Counted from the stretch's first letter, positions 18,101-27,847 are shown. The stretch is 64,000 nt of DNA from a bacterium (GCA_963643345.1 CAVIJK010000003.1:484-64483); one strand, 5' to 3'. Numbers and translations are program-made. The notes: generated by a model from the sequence alone, not told the origin.

Positions 18101-21100
18101 CGCTGATTTAACAATGAAGTTAGAGGCCATCTCTAATGTCAGCGACGATGACACAATCATTTGGGTATCATCTGATGAATCTGTTGCAACGGTTGATAAT
18201 AACGGCATAGTTACTGGCGTTAAAGAAGGAGACGCAACAATCAGCGCTTCATCTTCTAAAGAACCAGAATTGTTCCAAGAATTCACTTTACATATCACTC
18301 CAGCAATCGCAGTCACGTTAAGCGGTTCAAATGTTGCCCTCACAACGAAGACCATTGCTACTTCAGTTGAGGTTTTGAATGCTGAAGATTATTCAGTTAC
18401 ATATAAATCATCCGACGAAAATATCGCTACAGTTGATGAAAACGGCGTTGTCACAACGCTATCAGCTGGCGTTGTAATGATTAGCGCAACCAGCGTTCAG
18501 GACCCTACAAAGAACAGCGAAATCGAAATTACTATCAGAGATGGTATCGAACTTTCGACACCAGTTGTTGCTATTCGCGCCGGAAAGACAACGGTTTGGA
18601 GTGCAATCTCAAATGTTGCTGAAGATGACGTAATCGTTTGGTCAACAGACGATGAATCTATTGCAACAGTTGATAGTAACGGCACAATCACTGGCGTCAG
18701 CGATGGCAAGGCTACAATTTATGCAACCTCCTCAACTGACGACACGCTTTATGCAACCGGCGTTATTGAAATTAGATCCGATATCGCAATCGAAATCGAT
18801 GGACCAGCTAAAATCATCAAGTCTAGAACGGCTAAGTATGAGGCAATTTTGTTAAATGCCGATAATTCTGCGGTTATTTGGTCAACATCTGATGACGGCA
18901 TCATCACAATCGATGAAAATGGCGTTGCTACCGCACTTCAAGTAGGCGATGCCGATATAATGGTACAAAGCGCTGAAGATAGCGAGAAGACATCTTCAAT
19001 CCGTATCAGCGTCAAGGAAGGCGTTGAATTGAATTATGTAGAAACATCGCTTATTTCTAACAAGACGACATTGACGCTAAATGCAATCACAAACGTCTCT
19101 GATGATGACACAATCGTCTGGACTTCATCTAACGACAGTATTGCAACTGTTGATAATGGTGTCGTCACCGGAATCGATAAACTTGGTGGAGATGTGGTTA
19201 TTAGAGCGTCTTCATCTAACGATCCAGAACTATATAAAGAAGTCAATATCCATGTAGAACCTATGCCAATTGTTGGCATTAATATCATCGGTTCTAATAG
19301 AGCAATCCCTGGCAAGGCAATTCAGTTGGCGGCAGAGGTTGAACGTGCAGATGATCCAAGCGTCGTCTGGACAACATCCGATGAGAACATCGCAACGGTT
19401 GACGAGAATGGCTTAGTCACTCCGATCGCTGTAGGCAAAGTTCTGATCTCGGCTACATCGGTTGAACAGAACGATAAATGCGCAACATTTGAAGTCAATG
19501 TCTATGAAGGCATTGTCTTTGATACATATAAGGAATCACTTGTCGTTGGCAAACCTGAGCAATTCGGAGCCATGTCTAATGTTTCAGAGGATGATGTAGT
19601 TGCCTATTCATCATCCGATGAGAATATCGCAACGGTTGACGAGAAAGGCGTTGTAACCGGAATTAATGCTGGAACTGTTACGATTACTGCTTCCTCCAAA
19701 ACCGATTCAACATTCTTTGTTGATCGCGAAATAAGCGTTAAACCTGACGTTTCTATCGAAATTGTTGGTCAAAATAATTATGTCATTGGACAGAAAGTTC
19801 AGCTTACTGCCAATGTCTTGCACGCAATAGACACAAGCGCTACTTGGTCATCAAGTAACGAATTCGTCGCTAAAGTCGATTCCGAAGGATTGCTTACGGT
19901 TCTTGCGGCAGGCACAACCGTTATTTCAGCTAGATCCGTAGAGGATATGAGAAAACTCGCCACGCTTGAAATCACCGTCATTGATGGAATCGCGTTCCTT
20001 GATGATTGTGATGAAGTGTTCATCGGCAAGAGCGTCGAACTCTCCGCTAAGAGTAACCTCGAGAATGACTCAATCATTTGGTCGTCATCGGATGAGGCAA
20101 TCGCCACAATCGATGAGAACGGACTTCTAACCGGAACAGGACTTGGTGAGGTCACCATTAAGGCAACCTCAACCACAGATGAGAATGTTTATAGTGAACG
20201 CAAGATAGATGTTGTGCCAAGAGCTCCAATCGAAGTTGAAGTTTATGGTACAGATAGACTTTTCGTCGGCAAAGATTCGCAATTCAGCGTATATGTCACT
20301 AACGCAGATGACCCTTCGGTCACTTGGGGCTCGTCTAGTGAGGATGTTGCAACAGTATCCTCGGATGGACTTGTACACGGCGTATCCGCAGGAGATGTCA
20401 CGATTCTTGTCACATCAATTGAGGATCCAACAAAGTCGGCATCCCTTACTTTAACAATATCCGACGGTCTCACGCTCGAAGCTGATGAGATTGAGGTCAT
20501 TGCAAAGGATGATGTTGTTTGGAGCGCAATATCAAGTGTTGCTCCAGATGACACAGTCACTTGGACATCAAGCGATGAAACAATCGCAACGGTTAGAGAA
20601 GGCATGATTACCGGTGTAACTGAGGGCGTTACAACAATAACAGCAACATCCAACACCGACCCTGCTATCTCTATTTCTAAAGAAATCACGGTCCTTCCTA
20701 GACCTGCAACAATTCTTACAATCGGTGAACTTTCTTCAGTGGTCATGGATGGCAATGCAACGATTCCATTTACCATTGAAAACGCTAAAGATAAAACCGT
20801 CAGATGGACGTCCTCTGATGAATCCGTAATACGTGTTGATGATGCCGGAACATTAACCGGCGTTGCCATTGGAAGCGCTGAAATCACTGTCACATCAGTC
20901 GAGGATCCTACAAAATCAGCAACTACAAGTGTGGCATGTATTGAAAAGGTCATTGTCACGTCTGAGGAAGATACCTTTAGAGTTAAGGAAACCATCGCAC
21001 TCACGGGCGTCTCTAATTTAGGAGATGAAGATACGCTTGTTTGGACAACTTCTGATGTCAATATCGCTACAGTTTCTCCAAATGGAGAGGTGTTAGGCAT

Positions 21101-21872
21101 TGGAGAAGGGGAAGCAATAATTACTGCGACCTCAACTTTAGATCCAACGGCTTCCGCTTCTAAGACGGTAACAGTGCTTCCTAAACTGAATATCATCTTC
21201 ACAACTTCAACTCCTGCGACAAATATCACCGCAGGAAAACAGTTCACTATCTCAACCCATATTGAGAATGCTAAAGATGAGAGCCTCACTTGGACAACAA
21301 CTGATGAGAAGGTTGCAACAGTTGAGAACGGGCTTGTCACTGGCGTATCTAGAGGCAACGCAACAATCACTGCATCAGTCAATGAAGACCCGGATAAGAC
21401 TATAACGGTCAACGTTTCAGTCAAAGGCGGCATCATCATCGCTCCTGGTGTCCGCGAGGTTAAGGTTGGACAAACCCTTATACTTTCCGCAAAATCAACC
21501 GTCGGTATTGGCGATAAGATCGTTTGGGAAACAAGCGATGAGGAAATCGCCTTCATGACGGGCGAGGTTGTCTGCCCAGTGAAACCAGGCGTAATTACTG
21601 TAACTGCAACATCGAGTATCAATTCGTTGGTACATTCCTCGGTTGAGGTCACAGTGCATGAGAAGACCTACACCCTTAAGAAGACTGTTGTTAAGAGCGA
21701 TAGAGTCCTTACGCTTGATGACATCAAGACCAATAAACAAGGACGCGTTGTCTCGACCTTCAAGAGAGAGACAATCGTTGAAGAACTCGTCGAGGACGAT
21801 GGCATCACCGTTGTTGATGGTACAAAAGCCTCTAGCCTCAAGGATGAAGAGGCAAAAGACGAGAATAAATAA
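15129..21872 (+). CDS. Giant 2247-aa protein: K/E-rich N-terminus, tentative McrC/DUF2357-like helical domain, coiled coil, 19 tandem Big_2 Ig-like repeats; no signal peptide or TM
   Basis: Single uninterrupted ORF. ITYENRFVATVIRRLVLFIEKRY and NIIRKNPKYHKVYNLYRFMEMY recall McrC-N/DUF2357 motifs (from memory, tentative). An E/K/R coiled coil spans about aa 560-640. Nineteen repeats then carry the core W.SS[DN]E.[IV]ATVD.NG.VTG..G.A.I.A.S. Confidence 0.88.
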   Translation: MQKKKKIENLNNSTATRNGADSSLSGAHTGTGKGTKKSKVSRKELEKLSRKPKTAKEEKVSLSEEGFLEIAKELKPQKEDIFDAGKIEFGEDKVLKEEADESPVDTPIDENASDIARLAELALQDEKRVEEQEAEAEKERIEKEEQAKVLKEEQERLAEEQEEIDREAADDTPKSDRVPPKEVPSPETITKKDEDLFDYDSKNKILENVIKSAVLEDEDLDRLSKLLGNGNSVHTLRLSRHETGSFDMAWVKAVEDAIPAIDEILKNPRINTKVVTDIVPVELAKKTGSESVKHLASHTQYVKDIDENGNVIPSKILNIGSDDEYITYENRFVATVIRRLVLFIEKRYDFIVKYSELKDYDILYIKNHSDVNGLAVDVESKVVVSRPSGKGAADGEDNASLMKRINLMRRYAKFFYSSDFMKRFKNEKNVRAPIMQTNIIRKNPKYHKVYNLYRFMEMYRALGVEFTVKEDYYLPEQADLDTINNLTVANFLAARAKPSEKDKVSKVEVKNPEVLTTVDDDIFTFFPTGEYPEYVRVDEEYLRWKERNTKDLKEDPNELEKAYRGNDYLRKAKAEKERARREALKARREKERQEFLEEQERLKAEKEAERIRQEKLAKEREEAKALVELEAAREAVRQAAREEDEDLLLAIVTPVEITITGDTEIVAKTTYAQLESTVEFYIADPSLVWSSSNEEIATVDQTGYVSGWKEGDVVIRATSVEDPSCYTDYEMHVYPRPPITVSFPTIDKILVTKEATLTPVVRNADDLSVIWHSSNEAVATVIDGVVHAYSAGNVVITAFSSEDPTKSHSICIHPLDGIELSGESHSIVSRRTTLQLNAFSNVSADDMILFFSSDENIATVDQNGHVEGVSWDGGEVEIKVISTVDPTISNTYKVTVLPKPIVSVTLEGDSRVFLSRPNQLIGTVINAMVNDVTWTSSDESVATVVDGVVTGVSIGSATITCRSNEETDKFATLDIEVKEAIIIAEHKDSLIADLTMKLEAISNVSDDDTIIWVSSDESVATVDNNGIVTGVKEGDATISASSSKEPELFQEFTLHITPAIAVTLSGSNVALTTKTIATSVEVLNAEDYSVTYKSSDENIATVDENGVVTTLSAGVVMISATSVQDPTKNSEIEITIRDGIELSTPVVAIRAGKTTVWSAISNVAEDDVIVWSTDDESIATVDSNGTITGVSDGKATIYATSSTDDTLYATGVIEIRSDIAIEIDGPAKIIKSRTAKYEAILLNADNSAVIWSTSDDGIITIDENGVATALQVGDADIMVQSAEDSEKTSSIRISVKEGVELNYVETSLISNKTTLTLNAITNVSDDDTIVWTSSNDSIATVDNGVVTGIDKLGGDVVIRASSSNDPELYKEVNIHVEPMPIVGINIIGSNRAIPGKAIQLAAEVERADDPSVVWTTSDENIATVDENGLVTPIAVGKVLISATSVEQNDKCATFEVNVYEGIVFDTYKESLVVGKPEQFGAMSNVSEDDVVAYSSSDENIATVDEKGVVTGINAGTVTITASSKTDSTFFVDREISVKPDVSIEIVGQNNYVIGQKVQLTANVLHAIDTSATWSSSNEFVAKVDSEGLLTVLAAGTTVISARSVEDMRKLATLEITVIDGIAFLDDCDEVFIGKSVELSAKSNLENDSIIWSSSDEAIATIDENGLLTGTGLGEVTIKATSTTDENVYSERKIDVVPRAPIEVEVYGTDRLFVGKDSQFSVYVTNADDPSVTWGSSSEDVATVSSDGLVHGVSAGDVTILVTSIEDPTKSASLTLTISDGLTLEADEIEVIAKDDVVWSAISSVAPDDTVTWTSSDETIATVREGMITGVTEGVTTITATSNTDPAISISKEITVLPRPATILTIGELSSVVMDGNATIPFTIENAKDKTVRWTSSDESVIRVDDAGTLTGVAIGSAEITVTSVEDPTKSATTSVACIEKVIVTSEEDTFRVKETIALTGVSNLGDEDTLVWTTSDVNIATVSPNGEVLGIGEGEAIITATSTLDPTASASKTVTVLPKLNIIFTTSTPATNITAGKQFTISTHIENAKDESLTWTTTDEKVATVENGLVTGVSRGNATITASVNEDPDKTITVNVSVKGGIIIAPGVREVKVGQTLILSAKSTVGIGDKIVWETSDEEIAFMTGEVVCPVKPGVITVTATSSINSLVHSSVEVTVHEKTYTLKKTVVKSDRVLTLDDIKTNKQGRVVSTFKRETIVEELVEDDGITVVDGTKASSLKDEEAKDENK
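17085..21660 (+). repeat. Coding tandem array of 19 Big_2-type repeats (about 240-270 nt each) alternating between two subtypes
   Basis: Repeat cores were counted in the translation. Near-identical DNA 20-mers recur, for example ATCGCAACGGTTGACGAGAA at 19389-19408 and 19626-19645. Confidence 0.85.
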
Positions 21873-21893
21873 TATTTAATAAGAGGATTAATA

Positions 21894-22667
21894 ATGGCAG
21901 AAGAAAAAGAAGCGAAAAAACCTCTATGGAGGAGAATAACCGATTGGGTCATGACGGGAATCGTTGTGGTTTTAGTCGGCTTCTTTGCTGCCTTTATGAT
22001 CAATGGACAGGTAACTAAGAATAAGAATTACGGAGTTAACATGTTCCTGGGAACCGCAACACTCGTAGTTCAGACTGATTCCATGGAACCTTTATATCCT
22101 GTAGGTTCCGCCATATTCGTCAAGGATACTGAGCCATCTGATATCAAAATAGACGATGATGTCACATTCTATTATCAGTCTTGGGGATTGGTGGTAACTC
22201 ATCGAGTCTCTAATATTGAATATAGACAGGATGAAGGAAAATATTACTTCACGGTTCATGGCATCAACACCGATTCTGAACAGTGCGCAGGAACAAATGG
22301 CGGTCAAAGAGACTGCACAGATCAAACCCAAACGTTTTCAGAGGATTACCTCATCGGAAGGGTTTCAGGGAAATCCGTGGCCTTTGGCAAGATTTATAAG
22401 TTCTTCACGACGATTTGGGGTTTGATAATTCTTCTAGCCATCCCAGCCACTTATTTAATCACCACTAGCGTAATCGATATTGTCAAAGCCGTGAAAAGCG
22501 ATGAAGATGACATGACATCTAAACCATCGGGTGAAGCTAGCGGGATGGAAGGGCTGAGTCCTGAAGACATCGCAAGATTAAAAGAGGAGATGCTCAACGA
22601 AATGATTGAGCAAAAACAGCAAGAGCTCTTGAATAAAGAGGGAAAGGAAGTCAAGAAAGATGAATAA
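21894..22667 (+). CDS. sipW: SipW-type (archaeal/ER-like, S26B) signal peptidase I with C-terminal TM and acidic tail (257 aa)
   Basis: N-terminal TM, catalytic Ser in VVQTDSMEP and His in VVTHRV, as in B. subtilis SipW (SGSMEP / THR). A second TM and an E/K-rich tail follow. Confidence 0.82.
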   Translation: MAEEKEAKKPLWRRITDWVMTGIVVVLVGFFAAFMINGQVTKNKNYGVNMFLGTATLVVQTDSMEPLYPVGSAIFVKDTEPSDIKIDDDVTFYYQSWGLVVTHRVSNIEYRQDEGKYYFTVHGINTDSEQCAGTNGGQRDCTDQTQTFSEDYLIGRVSGKSVAFGKIYKFFTTIWGLIILLAIPATYLITTSVIDIVKAVKSDEDDMTSKPSGEASGMEGLSPEDIARLKEEMLNEMIEQKQQELLNKEGKEVKKDE

Positions 22668-24195
22668 AAGAGCAAAAATATTAATTTCCTTAGCAGCGAC
22701 ATCCGTCGCGCTTGGCATCGCAATCGCCATATTGTTCCCAATTTTGATTTTCGGGAATGATTCAATCGGATTGAACCCAACAAGCAACACCATATTCGTT
22801 GTTGCGCTCGTTGTTTGCGTTTCTTTTTCGACCATCTTCATTGCTGTCACTGTAAGGGAAATCCAAAACGAGAACGGTTCGTTAAACGAGAACTTGTATA
22901 ACTTAGGTAAGAGAATCTCTTTCTACAACTTGGATACCTTCACAAAAGCCGTATCTGTCGTATATAAGAGAAAAGCGGATAAGAGCTATGTCATTTCTTA
23001 TTCCCCTATTAAAACCGATATCATCTATGAATCGTTCCAGGCGGACCAGGTCAGAACTTTTTATGGTTTAATCGCCGATAAGTTCATCGCTTATTTCTCC
23101 GTTCCAGAGATGGTTAAGGCTAGAGCCTCATACTGCTTCGATAAGAATTCGTTCTTCATCTATTTTGTAGGCGATGAAAATCTTCTTAACCAAATCACTA
23201 ACGATTTCGAGGCGATGACATTCGATCTCGCTAAAGAGAATGACATCCGTTTATTTGTTCAGCCATATTTCGGAATTGTCAAAGGAAGCAAAGAAATCTC
23301 GGTTTTCCAGGCGATTGATAACGCGTCTGCTGCCCGTAAGAGCGGTGAATCCAAGTACATTTCAAAGAGCTATTACAGCGAAAAGAAAGATAACACATCG
23401 TTTGAGAATGAGCTCGACAAGATTCTCGATGCTTTAAAGAACGACGAATTCATCGTTTACTATCAGCCAAAATTCAACCTTGCCCATAAGCAATTCGTCG
23501 GACTTGAAGCTCTTGTGAGATGGAATTCGCCTGAACACGGACTTGTCTCACCTGCTAAGTTCATTGACTTCGCAGAAAACTCCAATATCATTCATGAACT
23601 TGATATTTATATCTTAGATAAGGTTTGCAGGGATATCGCAGACTGGAAGAGAAGAGGAAAGAAGATTCTTCCTGTTTCTGTAAACTTCTCGGTCTATGAG
23701 TTATTCATCCCAACCTTTATTTCAGATGTTGAGAAGACAATCGAGAACTATGGCGTTAACCCAATGCTTATCGAAGCAGAAGTTACCGAAACCGTCAGAT
23801 TCAATATCTCATCATCGCTTTACATTCAGTCCGTCCTCAGAAAGATTAGAGAAATGGGTATCAAGATTCTTCTTGATGACTTCGGTTCCCACGCCTCATC
23901 ATTCAACACGTTAAAGGAACTCCCTATCGACATTATCAAGATCGATAAGTCATTGGTCGATGGAATTGCGGTGGATTATAAATCGAAGGAAATAGTCAAG
24001 GCGGTCATCACGATGGCTAAGACTATGAACCTCGGCATCATCGCTGAAGGCGTTGATAAGGAAGAACAGGTTAAGATTCTCTCTGAATCAAGATGTGACG
24101 AAATCCAGGGATACTATTACAGTAAGCCAATCCCTAAGAAAGACTTAGAGAAATTCCTCTCAGTCAACCCATTCGAGAGCAAGGAGGTCTTGTAA
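22660..24195 (+). CDS. Membrane EAL-domain c-di-GMP phosphodiesterase with degenerate GGDEF-like domain (511 aa)
   Basis: Two N-terminal TM segments. EAL motifs are EALVRW, SVNFS, EVTE, DDFGSHASS, KIDKS, AEGVD and QGYYY. An 8-nt overlap with sipW suggests translational coupling. Confidence 0.85.
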   Translation: MNKRAKILISLAATSVALGIAIAILFPILIFGNDSIGLNPTSNTIFVVALVVCVSFSTIFIAVTVREIQNENGSLNENLYNLGKRISFYNLDTFTKAVSVVYKRKADKSYVISYSPIKTDIIYESFQADQVRTFYGLIADKFIAYFSVPEMVKARASYCFDKNSFFIYFVGDENLLNQITNDFEAMTFDLAKENDIRLFVQPYFGIVKGSKEISVFQAIDNASAARKSGESKYISKSYYSEKKDNTSFENELDKILDALKNDEFIVYYQPKFNLAHKQFVGLEALVRWNSPEHGLVSPAKFIDFAENSNIIHELDIYILDKVCRDIADWKRRGKKILPVSVNFSVYELFIPTFISDVEKTIENYGVNPMLIEAEVTETVRFNISSSLYIQSVLRKIREMGIKILLDDFGSHASSFNTLKELPIDIIKIDKSLVDGIAVDYKSKEIVKAVITMAKTMNLGIIAEGVDKEEQVKILSESRCDEIQGYYYSKPIPKKDLEKFLSVNPFESKEVL

Positions 24196-24196
24196 T

Positions 24197-24934
24197 ATGA
24201 TTCTTATTATCGGATCAACATATGATGACGTTATTTATTTCGATTCCAAATTGAGAAATAAGACGGAAGAAAAGTCTTTTGGCACAGTCAAGGTTTTCTC
24301 AGGAGACGCGTTCTCACAACGTGTAGTTGTGGCATATGGCGCTTCAACTAGTTACATGATGTCCGCCGCAACAAGCTATTTGGCGGATAAGTATTCGGTC
24401 ATCTTGGTCATCAACGTTGGCAAATGTTTCTCATATAGCGATTCGCTCAAAGTCGGAGATGTTGTCATCTCTGAATCGATTCACATTTGCGATGTAGACC
24501 AAAGGGCAATTGAACCCCGTGTCAAAGTTGGGCAGATTCCTGGAATGCCAGAATACTTCAATGTTTCCAATTATTTAATCAATCTCACTCTTACAACCGC
24601 TGAAAAGCTGTCATTAATCGACGTTAAAGGAGTGACATTCTTCTCTAGCGACGTCATCTATAACAACGCGGAGCAGATAAAGGACATCACATCCGGACAA
24701 TATGTCTTAGGAGTTTCAAAGAACGTTGTCTTTGACTCTGAAAGTGGGGCTATCGCGGTTGCGACCCATTTGGTTGACGTACCATCCCTCTGTATCAAAG
24801 TCGTTGCATCACCATTCACGGAGAAAGTCGGCACTTCCAATCTAGTGGATGTCATGCATGCATATGCACGAGTCGGAAGGCTTATCGTCGCGTTGATTGG
24901 CGAAATCTCAAGAAACGACACAATCGCTGCATAA
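24197..24934 (+). CDS. PNP/UDP-phosphorylase-fold protein, MTA/SAH-nucleosidase (Pfs)-like but divergent (245 aa)
   Basis: MILIIGSTYDDV and INVGKC..GDVVIS resemble the MtnN layout (MKIGIIGAMEEEV / GsAGg..vGDvv). The usual GIGK and SD.AD motifs were not seen. Confidence 0.5.
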   Translation: MILIIGSTYDDVIYFDSKLRNKTEEKSFGTVKVFSGDAFSQRVVVAYGASTSYMMSAATSYLADKYSVILVINVGKCFSYSDSLKVGDVVISESIHICDVDQRAIEPRVKVGQIPGMPEYFNVSNYLINLTLTTAEKLSLIDVKGVTFFSSDVIYNNAEQIKDITSGQYVLGVSKNVVFDSESGAIAVATHLVDVPSLCIKVVASPFTEKVGTSNLVDVMHAYARVGRLIVALIGEISRNDTIAA

Positions 24935-24935
24935 A

Positions 24936-25469
24936 ATGGATAAAGTAGAAAAACAACTTAGCCATGATCAAGTGTTCGACGGAACGCTTCTTCATGTCTA
25001 TAAAGACAAAGTGCTTTGTCCAAATGGGAACGAATCGACCCGCGAATACATAATGCATCAAGGCGCATCAGCTGTGCTCGCTTTCCTTCCTGATGGCAAA
25101 ATCATCATGGAGAAGCAGTTCAGATACCCATTTCACAAAGATGTGTATGAGGTACCCGCCGGAAAGCTAGACCCAAATGAATCTAGCGAAATCTGTGCAA
25201 TCCGCGAACTTGAGGAAGAAACGGGATGGCACGCAAACACGATTGAATATTATGGTGCGGTATACCCTTCTATTGCCTACACAAATGAAGTGATTCATCT
25301 ATACGTTGCAAAAGATTTGGTCAAAACCAAACAGCATCTGGATAAAGATGAGACTCTTGAAGTCCTCTATATGAATCTGGATGATGTGGTGGAGATGATT
25401 AAAAACGATGAAATTAGGGATTCTAAGACCATTGCGATAATCTCAAGATACGTCCTCAAAAACAATTAA
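24936..25469 (+). CDS. Nudix hydrolase, ADP-ribose pyrophosphatase-like
   Basis: Nudix box GKLDPNESSEICAIRELEEETG. I use the ATG at 24936; the track's 24897 start is a TTG inside the previous gene. Confidence 0.8.
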   Translation: MDKVEKQLSHDQVFDGTLLHVYKDKVLCPNGNESTREYIMHQGASAVLAFLPDGKIIMEKQFRYPFHKDVYEVPAGKLDPNESSEICAIRELEEETGWHANTIEYYGAVYPSIAYTNEVIHLYVAKDLVKTKQHLDKDETLEVLYMNLDDVVEMIKNDEIRDSKTIAIISRYVLKNN

Positions 25470-25480
25470 GACAGAACAAT

Positions 25481-25514
25481 GCCACCGATTTATTAACGGT
25501 GGCGTTTTTCTTTT
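25481..25514 (+). terminator. Intrinsic terminator ending the 10.5-25.5 kb gene string
   Basis: GCCACCG..CGGTGGC stem followed by GTTTTTCTTTT. Confidence 0.75.
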
Positions 25515-25649
25515 GCCAAAATCCATCATTTAGCAAACAAAAGAGCCATTTTGAACCAATTATGGATGATAATTGATTAATGCTTGTAGTTATGAGGAAA
25601 TGACTTCAAAACGCTTCTTTTCGATGATGTTCATTATTAAAACTTGGAT

Positions 25650-25677
25650 AAAAAAAGAGATGGACGAATCCATCTCT
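25650..25677 (-). terminator. Intrinsic terminator of eno
   Basis: AGAGATGGA..TCCATCTCT stem with a T-run on the minus strand. Confidence 0.7.
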
Positions 25678-25696
25678 GATTTATCTTGAACTTCGC

Positions 25697-27004
<1,308 letters not shown>

Positions 27005-27167
27005 TTATTTCTCCTTGTAATTTTTGAAAAACAAACATGCTTACTCAACGTAAGCACTAGGATTATAAGACAAAATGTAATCAATAACAAAGGTATTGAT
27101 ATTTATATCGCTTACATTTTACTGAATTGTTCAATCCGATTTGTTCAATATATAATATGAACACATT

Positions 27168-27833
27168 ATGTTAAATGATTGGAATCCGTTATTCAGCGCT
27201 ATAAAAGAAAAAGAATACAGCAAGAGTTTGCATGCATTCTTAGATGAAGAATATCAGACAAAGGCAATATATCCTCCTCGTGATATGGTGTTTCAGGCTT
27301 TCAAACTTACATCTCCAAAAAATCTGAAGGTTGTCATTATTGGCCAGGATCCATACCACAATCCGGGACAGGCGATGGGTCTATCATTCTCCGTTCCTAG
27401 AGGTTTTAATCCGCCACCGTCGCTTATAAATATCTATAAAGAAATACAAGATGATGAGCGTGTTGTTATGAATTTTGATAATGGCGATTTAACTCCGTGG
27501 GCTGAGCAAGGCGTTCTTTTGCTCAACGCTTATCTAACGGTTGTAGAGAATGCCCCACTAAGCCACAAAAGAGCGGAATACGATTCTTTTATCAAAGATA
27601 CCCTTTCGTACATTGAGACATTGGACCAACCAATTGTCTATATGCTCTGGGGCGGTTTTGCCAAAAAATACGCTAAATTTGTCAATAATCCGAAACACGT
27701 TGTTTTAATGGCCGCCCATCCTTCGCCATTATCAGCAAACCAAGGTGGCTGGTTTAAAAAACATTTATTTAGCCAATGTGATAAATATTTGACCGACAAC
27801 GGGGTTAAAGCGATTGACTGGCAAATAAAGTAG
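27168..27833 (+). CDS. ung: Uracil-DNA glycosylase
   Basis: VVIIGQDPYH...GLSFSV and HPSPLSA motifs. Confidence 0.93.
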   Translation: MLNDWNPLFSAIKEKEYSKSLHAFLDEEYQTKAIYPPRDMVFQAFKLTSPKNLKVVIIGQDPYHNPGQAMGLSFSVPRGFNPPPSLINIYKEIQDDERVVMNFDNGDLTPWAEQGVLLLNAYLTVVENAPLSHKRAEYDSFIKDTLSYIETLDQPIVYMLWGGFAKKYAKFVNNPKHVVLMAAHPSPLSANQGGWFKKHLFSQCDKYLTDNGVKAIDWQIK

Positions 27834-27847
27834 GCTACAATTTTATA

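Noticed and set aside
17085-21660. Periodic DNA repeats as a CRISPR array or non-coding satellite
   Set aside because: The repeats are ~250 nt, imperfect, in frame and translate into Big_2 domains. They do not have a repeat-spacer architecture.
13586-21872. Reading the AAA+/partner pair as a classical McrBC-type restriction (defence) system
   Set aside because: The ATPase has a TM anchor instead of a DNA-reader domain. The partner shows no PD-(D/E)xK nuclease motif and carries 19 Ig-like repeats. Both are embedded in a TasA/SipW operon behind a c-di-GMP riboswitch. A defence role cannot be fully excluded but is not the best fit.
15110-22003. Many antisense and off-frame ORFs within the giant gene, including the 469-aa ORF 20243-21652 (-)
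   Set aside because: These are shadow ORFs produced by the repetitive, stop-poor codon composition of the Big_2 array. Their S/T/V-rich translations mirror the sense repeats, and the single 2247-codon sense frame explains the region.
2000-25500. The c-di-GMP island as a prophage, ICE or transposon-borne insertion
   Set aside because: No integrase, transposase, recombinase, phage structural genes, flanking direct repeats or adjacent tRNA were seen. Base composition of the coding parts resembles the rest of the window.
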